Below are positions 59,395 to 64,000 of a DNA stretch of 64,000 nucleotides, piece after piece. Location: NCBI GenBank assembly GCA_963668175.1, contig OY764159.1, positions 4,480,001 through 4,544,000 on the forward strand, in the 5' to 3' direction. Source of the DNA: Syntrophales bacterium (lineage in GTDB: Bacteria > Desulfobacterota > Syntrophia > Syntrophales > PHBD01). The position numbers and the translations under genes were made by a program. The notes beneath the pieces were generated by a model. That model did not search any database and was not told the DNA's origin. It saw only the letters and a list, made by a program, of their open reading frames with translations. Within the stretch, counting starts at the first letter, position 1, and every line of letters begins with the position of its first letter.

Positions 59395-60609
59395 ATGTTG
59401 CTCATTGCCGGCATTTTTTATCTATCCATATTCATTCTTTTCTATATTTACGCGGGATATCCGTTTCTTGTGTTCATCATATCCATGATCAGAAGCAAGC
59501 CCGTAAAGAAAGACCGATCCCTGCCTCACGTTACAATTCTTATCGCCGCATATAACGAAGAAAACGTCATTGAGGCGACGGTTAAAAACAAGCTGAAGCT
59601 CAATTATCCTGCCGACAAGCTGGAGATTATCGTCATTTCCGACGGTTCCGACGACCGAACGGATCAAATCGTTCAGGCCCTTATCCCTTCATTGCAGATA
59701 ACAGAGACTGGCAGAGAAACACCTGCGGAAGGTAGACAAACGGCAATGCCCACGCCTTCAGTGAGACTCCTCCGCCAGAAACCAAGGTCGGGCAAAACTT
59801 CGGCACTAAATATGGCTGTACCGCATGCAAAGGGTGAAATCATCGTTTTTTCAGACGCCAACTCGATCTATGATCCGGAGGCCTTGGTATACCTGGTTCA
59901 AAACTTTCATGATCCGACTGTCGGCTACGTAACAGGTAAGATGATATACACAAACCCCCAGGGAAGCATTATAGGGGATGGCTGCTCTACGTACATGAAA
60001 TATGAAAACACCCTGCGTAGCCTGGAGTCCGAAATCGGCTCTATCGTGGGCGTTGATGGCGGCATCGACGCTATGAGAAAGACGTTGTATAAACCCATGA
60101 ATCCGGACCAGCTTCCGGATTTCGTTCAGCCTCTGAAAGTCGTAGAACAGGGTTACAGGGTGGTTTATGAACCTGCCGCACTATTGAAGGAGCCTGCACT
60201 TACTTCTATGAAGGACGAATATCGCATGCGGGTGAGGGTTTCGCTTCGCGCCATATGGGCACTTCATGATATGAAGCACCTTTTCAACCCGGGACGATTT
60301 GGACTCTTCTCGTGGGAACTTTTGTCTCATAAATGGCTTCGCTACACAGCTTTTTTGTATCTCATCACGGCCTTTGTTTCCAATCTTCTATTATTGAACG
60401 AGCATCCTTTTTTTCGCATCCTGATGATTCTGCAGGCTCTATTCTATCTGGCGGCACTATTGTCCTTCATCCTGGAGAAAAAGGATCTCCATGTAAAAGT
60501 TTTTTATATCCCGTATTATTTCTCGTTAATTAACCTGGCTTCCGCCCGGGCTTTTTTGAAATTTATGATGGGCGAAAAACAGGTCATCTGGACACCGAGG
60601 AAGGGATAG
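59395..60609 (+). CDS. Glycosyltransferase family 2 (membrane-bound)
   Basis: IAAYNEE, SDGSDD, GKTSALN, FSDAN, EYRMRVR, SHKWLR. Confidence 0.92.
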   Translation: MLLIAGIFYLSIFILFYIYAGYPFLVFIISMIRSKPVKKDRSLPHVTILIAAYNEENVIEATVKNKLKLNYPADKLEIIVISDGSDDRTDQIVQALIPSLQITETGRETPAEGRQTAMPTPSVRLLRQKPRSGKTSALNMAVPHAKGEIIVFSDANSIYDPEALVYLVQNFHDPTVGYVTGKMIYTNPQGSIIGDGCSTYMKYENTLRSLESEIGSIVGVDGGIDAMRKTLYKPMNPDQLPDFVQPLKVVEQGYRVVYEPAALLKEPALTSMKDEYRMRVRVSLRAIWALHDMKHLFNPGRFGLFSWELLSHKWLRYTAFLYLITAFVSNLLLLNEHPFFRILMILQALFYLAALLSFILEKKDLHVKVFYIPYYFSLINLASARAFLKFMMGEKQVIWTPRKG

Positions 60610-60647
60610 CGACAGAAACGGGATATGCCGGGATATTATGGGATAGC

Positions 60648-61220
60648 ATGCGTTTCAGTGAATATCGATACCTGGTTAAAAGCGATTTATACCGATATAA
60701 TGCAAGGAAAGATACCGCGGTATTCATCCGCAATCTTTGTTTCAATCCCGGCTTTAAATATACGTTCTGGATGAGGTCTGCAAAGTATTTCCGTAAGAAG
60801 AAAACTTTTCTTTTTTTTTATATATTAGCCAGGCTGTTTCTCCATCATTACAAGTTCAAATACGGTATCAGCATCCCATACGACACACGCATCGGCGCCG
60901 GTTTTTATATCGGTCACTTCGGCGGCATCGTTGTCAATCCTGAGGCCGTCATAGGCAGCAATTGCAACATAAATCAGGACGTATCCATCGGCGCGACCTA
61001 TGGAGGACGCACCCCGGGGGTTCCCTCCATCGGAGATAACGTCTATATGGGACCAGGATCAAAGATCATCGGGGGCATTCGCATCGGCGACGATGCAGCC
61101 ATCGGCGCCAACTGTGTTGTCAACAAATCCATCGAAGACCATTCAGTGGCGGTGGGCAATCCGTTTCAAATCGTTTCTCATGAAGGCGCTTCGCGCTACG
61201 TTATCAACACGGACTATTGA
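60648..61220 (+). CDS. Serine acetyltransferase-like hexapeptide O-acetyltransferase
   Basis: IGAGFYIGHFGGIVVN, IGDNVYMGPGSKIIG, IGANCVV, VAVGNP. Confidence 0.88.
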   Translation: MRFSEYRYLVKSDLYRYNARKDTAVFIRNLCFNPGFKYTFWMRSAKYFRKKKTFLFFYILARLFLHHYKFKYGISIPYDTRIGAGFYIGHFGGIVVNPEAVIGSNCNINQDVSIGATYGGRTPGVPSIGDNVYMGPGSKIIGGIRIGDDAAIGANCVVNKSIEDHSVAVGNPFQIVSHEGASRYVINTDY

Positions 61221-61260
61221 TCCATGCATTTACGTGCCATTGGCATAAACAAGAGGAGAT

Positions 61261-62289
61261 ATGAAAGCCGTTCTCTTTAAATCCAAAGAACGTTTCGCTG
61301 CATTCGAGGAGAAATTGAGGATTTACGGCATCGAACTTGCCGTTCTCGATTTCGAGGATCATCGATGGCTCGATTTCAAATACGACGACATCGATTTCAT
61401 CATCTATTACCCGTCGTTTAAGTTTTCATCCAACCATCCATTGGCTTTGCAGGAAGTTTACGACAATCTGACATTCCTTCACGATGCGTATCCGAATATC
61501 ATCATGTTCCCGGATATCAACGGAATCAAATATTACAACGATAAATACAGACAGTATCTTTATCTGCATCATCATGGGTACCCGACGCCCCGCACGATTC
61601 CTTTACTATCCGAGAAATCCATCGATTTCGCAGAAAAGCAACTCGGATATCCCATGGTGGTCAAGAATCGATATGGTGCCGGGGGAGGATCCGTCTTTCG
61701 CATCGACAGCCGGGAAGCATTGATCAAGTATTACAAGATTTCCAAACTGGACTTGTTTAATCCAGGCTCCCTCCTCTATTTTGCCGGTATGTTGAGCGAA
61801 CGGCTCTTTTACTGGGAACTGATCAAAGCCAGGAAAGCGAGATACCCGTTCCTTTCGGCACCGCTACTGGCGCAGGAATTCATCCATCACGACCGGGATT
61901 TGAAAACCGTCGTCGGCTACAATAAGGTTGTGGAGGCCCACTGGCGATTCAAAGCCGACGCAGCCATGTGGAAGGTCAATATCGATGGCGGCGGTATCGG
62001 CGTTTGGGGACACGTACCACAGGAAGCCCTCGATTTATCGACCAGACTGGCCAGCGATCTTAAAATCAGCTGGCTTAACCTCGACATTATCAAGGGCAAC
62101 GGCCAGTTTCTCATTACGGAGTTTTCTCCGGTATGGCATCACTACGCCTACCGGGAAAAAGAGAGTTTTGTGTATAAGGACGATTACAATATCGAAATGC
62201 CGCTCGAGATATCGCTCGATCTGGAAAGGATCATCGTGGAATCCATGATACGAGCAGCCAAGGAAAGGAAGAACAGCACCGGCGTCTAG
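61261..62289 (+). CDS. ATP-grasp ligase (RimK-like)
   Basis: NDKYRQY, PTPRT, YPMVVKNRYGAGGGSV, LAQEFI, WKVNIDGGG, LDII...ITEFSP. Confidence 0.82.
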   Translation: MKAVLFKSKERFAAFEEKLRIYGIELAVLDFEDHRWLDFKYDDIDFIIYYPSFKFSSNHPLALQEVYDNLTFLHDAYPNIIMFPDINGIKYYNDKYRQYLYLHHHGYPTPRTIPLLSEKSIDFAEKQLGYPMVVKNRYGAGGGSVFRIDSREALIKYYKISKLDLFNPGSLLYFAGMLSERLFYWELIKARKARYPFLSAPLLAQEFIHHDRDLKTVVGYNKVVEAHWRFKADAAMWKVNIDGGGIGVWGHVPQEALDLSTRLASDLKISWLNLDIIKGNGQFLITEFSPVWHHYAYREKESFVYKDDYNIEMPLEISLDLERIIVESMIRAAKERKNSTGV

Positions 62290-62302
62290 CCGGTCAACAA
62301 CC

Positions 62303-63565
62303 ATGAGCCGTCGTTTATTGAAAATCATGTGTGTCGTGGGGGCGCGTCCCAATTTCATGAAAGTTGCCCCGATCATCAATGCCATCGAACAATGGAATCG
62401 CGATGCCTCCGTTCAGCAGGAAAAGAGCCTGCAATGCATCCTTGTACATACGGGGCAGCATTACGACACTGCGATGTCTAAACAGTTCTTCGACGAACTG
62501 GAGATCCCAAGGCCCGACGTCAATCTTGAGGTTGGATCCCTGTCCCACGCCGAGCAGACGGCGGAAATCATGAAGCGTTTCGAACCGGTACTAGTGAAGG
62601 AGCAGCCCGATTGCGTCGTGGTTGTCGGCGATGTCAATTCGACTGTCGCCTGCGCCCTTGTGTGCGCGAAAATACAATACCATGCAGGTAACCGGATTCG
62701 CCCTTTGATTGTTCATGTCGAAGCAGGACTTCGCAGTTTTGATCGAGACATGCCGGAAGAGGTGAATCGAGTCTTGACCGACGCGATCTCGGACGTCCTC
62801 TTTACAACAGAAGAGGGTGCAACGGAAAATTTGAAACGGGAAGGCGTTTCCGAACAGAAAATCCATTTCGTGGGAAATGTCATGATCGACACCCTCCAGC
62901 ATCATCGCAAGAAAGCGGAGCAGTCGACCATCCTGAAAGAACTGGGGTTGGACGACCCGATAACGACGGATACGACAACGGGGAGCAGTCATGCGACTGA
63001 GAAAAAACCTTACGCCATTCTGACATTGCACCGCCCCTCCAATGTCGATGACAAAGGTATATTTTCCGATATCCTGGACGCGGTCATGACCTTGAAAGAC
63101 CGATTGCGGATTATCTACCCGATCCATCCGAGATCTCTGGGCCGGATTAAAGCATTCGGGCTTGACTCCTCTTTCGATTGGAGATCCTATCCTTCTTCCG
63201 AATCTCTTCAAGCCGCAGGAACTAAAAACAATGCAGAATCCATTCTGGCCATTCCTCCTCTTGGATACATCGATTTCCTGCATCTGATGGCCAATGCAAG
63301 CCTCGTATTCACAGATTCCGGCGGAATACAGGAAGAGACTACCATTCTTGGCGTCCCCTGTATCACGTTACGGGAAAACACAGAAAGACCGATTACCGTG
63401 ACCAAGGGAACGAACATTATCGCCGGAACAAATAAAGACAAGATTATCGAAACTACTTTGAGCCAAATGCGGGCTACTTCAAAAAACCATCAACAACAGA
63501 TACCGCCGTTATGGGACGGCCATGCCGCCCGAAGGATCGTCGATATCCTGGCTGACTTGTTGTGA
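62303..63565 (+). CDS. wecB: UDP-N-acetylglucosamine 2-epimerase (non-hydrolysing)
   Basis: GARPNFMK, HTGQHYD, VGDVNST, HVEAGLRS, MPEEVNR, TDSGGIQEE, WDGHAA. Confidence 0.95.
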   Translation: MSRRLLKIMCVVGARPNFMKVAPIINAIEQWNRDASVQQEKSLQCILVHTGQHYDTAMSKQFFDELEIPRPDVNLEVGSLSHAEQTAEIMKRFEPVLVKEQPDCVVVVGDVNSTVACALVCAKIQYHAGNRIRPLIVHVEAGLRSFDRDMPEEVNRVLTDAISDVLFTTEEGATENLKREGVSEQKIHFVGNVMIDTLQHHRKKAEQSTILKELGLDDPITTDTTTGSSHATEKKPYAILTLHRPSNVDDKGIFSDILDAVMTLKDRLRIIYPIHPRSLGRIKAFGLDSSFDWRSYPSSESLQAAGTKNNAESILAIPPLGYIDFLHLMANASLVFTDSGGIQEETTILGVPCITLRENTERPITVTKGTNIIAGTNKDKIIETTLSQMRATSKNHQQQIPPLWDGHAARRIVDILADLL

Positions 63566-63602
63566 ACCGGGATTACTTCTCCAGGACAAGGAATCGTTTC
63601 TC

Positions 63603-64000
63603 ATGCATCACTTAGAAATCGTCCGGAATGTGACATCTACAGAATGGAACGATGAAGTTATCCGTCTGAACGGATGTACTTTCCATACATACGAATGGAG
63701 TCTTTTCAGCAGTGAAGTCAATAAGACAGACCCCGTTTACTTCAGATTGAAGAATGACGATCAGGTTATCGCTCAGAGTTTTGGTCTGAAAACATCACGT
63801 ACCCTCCTTAAAAAAGAGCTTTTCAAATCGCTATCCTTCGGAAGTTTGCCTGCCGCCGAGAATGCGGCCTCGCAAAGGAATATGGTTGAGAAACTTATAC
63901 AATATGCGCAAAAGGATAGCGTCACGTCCATCTCTTTCCATAGTTTCGGAACGCCTTACGGAAGCGATATCCTACCGGAACTTGGATTTAACGTGAGCAA
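63603..64000 (+). CDS. FemAB/GNAT-like protein, truncated by the window end
   Basis: Not in the ORF track. Open frame MHHLEIVRNVTSTEWNDEVIRLNGCTFHTYEW... to the window end; EWN...FHTxEW is typical of FemAB-like N-termini in EPS loci. Confidence 0.65.
   Translation, partial: MHHLEIVRNVTSTEWNDEVIRLNGCTFHTYEWSLFSSEVNKTDPVYFRLKNDDQVIAQSFGLKTSRTLLKKELFKSLSFGSLPAAENAASQRNMVEKLIQYAQKDSVTSISFHSFGTPYGSDILPELGFNVS

Noticed and set aside
1..64000. CRISPR arrays, rRNA, transposases, in-frame TGA selenoprotein read-through
   Set aside because: None seen on manual reading of intergenic regions and gene ends. Subtle cases cannot be excluded without tools.

Overview
A 64 kb bacterial chromosomal segment. 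Gene content (many sigma54 activators, split MetH, two-gene SufBC, exosortase EPS locus) suggests an anaerobic deltaproteobacterium, possibly Syntrophales-like; this is inference, not a taxonomic assignment. Most of it is housekeeping: dgt, ribF-nfi, leuCDB-metH-pyrE, rfaE1-yicC-gmk-rpoZ-pyrF-rlmB-pilC, gap-tpiA-secG, pit and three tRNAs (Leu-CAG, Pro-CGG, Leu-GAG). It also has two sigma54 modules with readable -24/-12 promoters and candidate enhancer sites, and from about 48 kb an exosortase/PEP-CTERM-type exopolysaccharide cluster. The best candidate for an uncharacterised system is the operon DUF1178 - cysteine synthase/CysRS fusion - AmrB (MEMO1) - AmrA (AMMECR1), where the CysRS half has many altered catalytic motifs but keeps its anticodon-binding tail. 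The second is a thioesterase - FakA/FakB fusion - GT2 lipid cassette. No CRISPR array, rRNA, integrase or transposase was seen. All calls come from manual motif recognition; no database searches were run.
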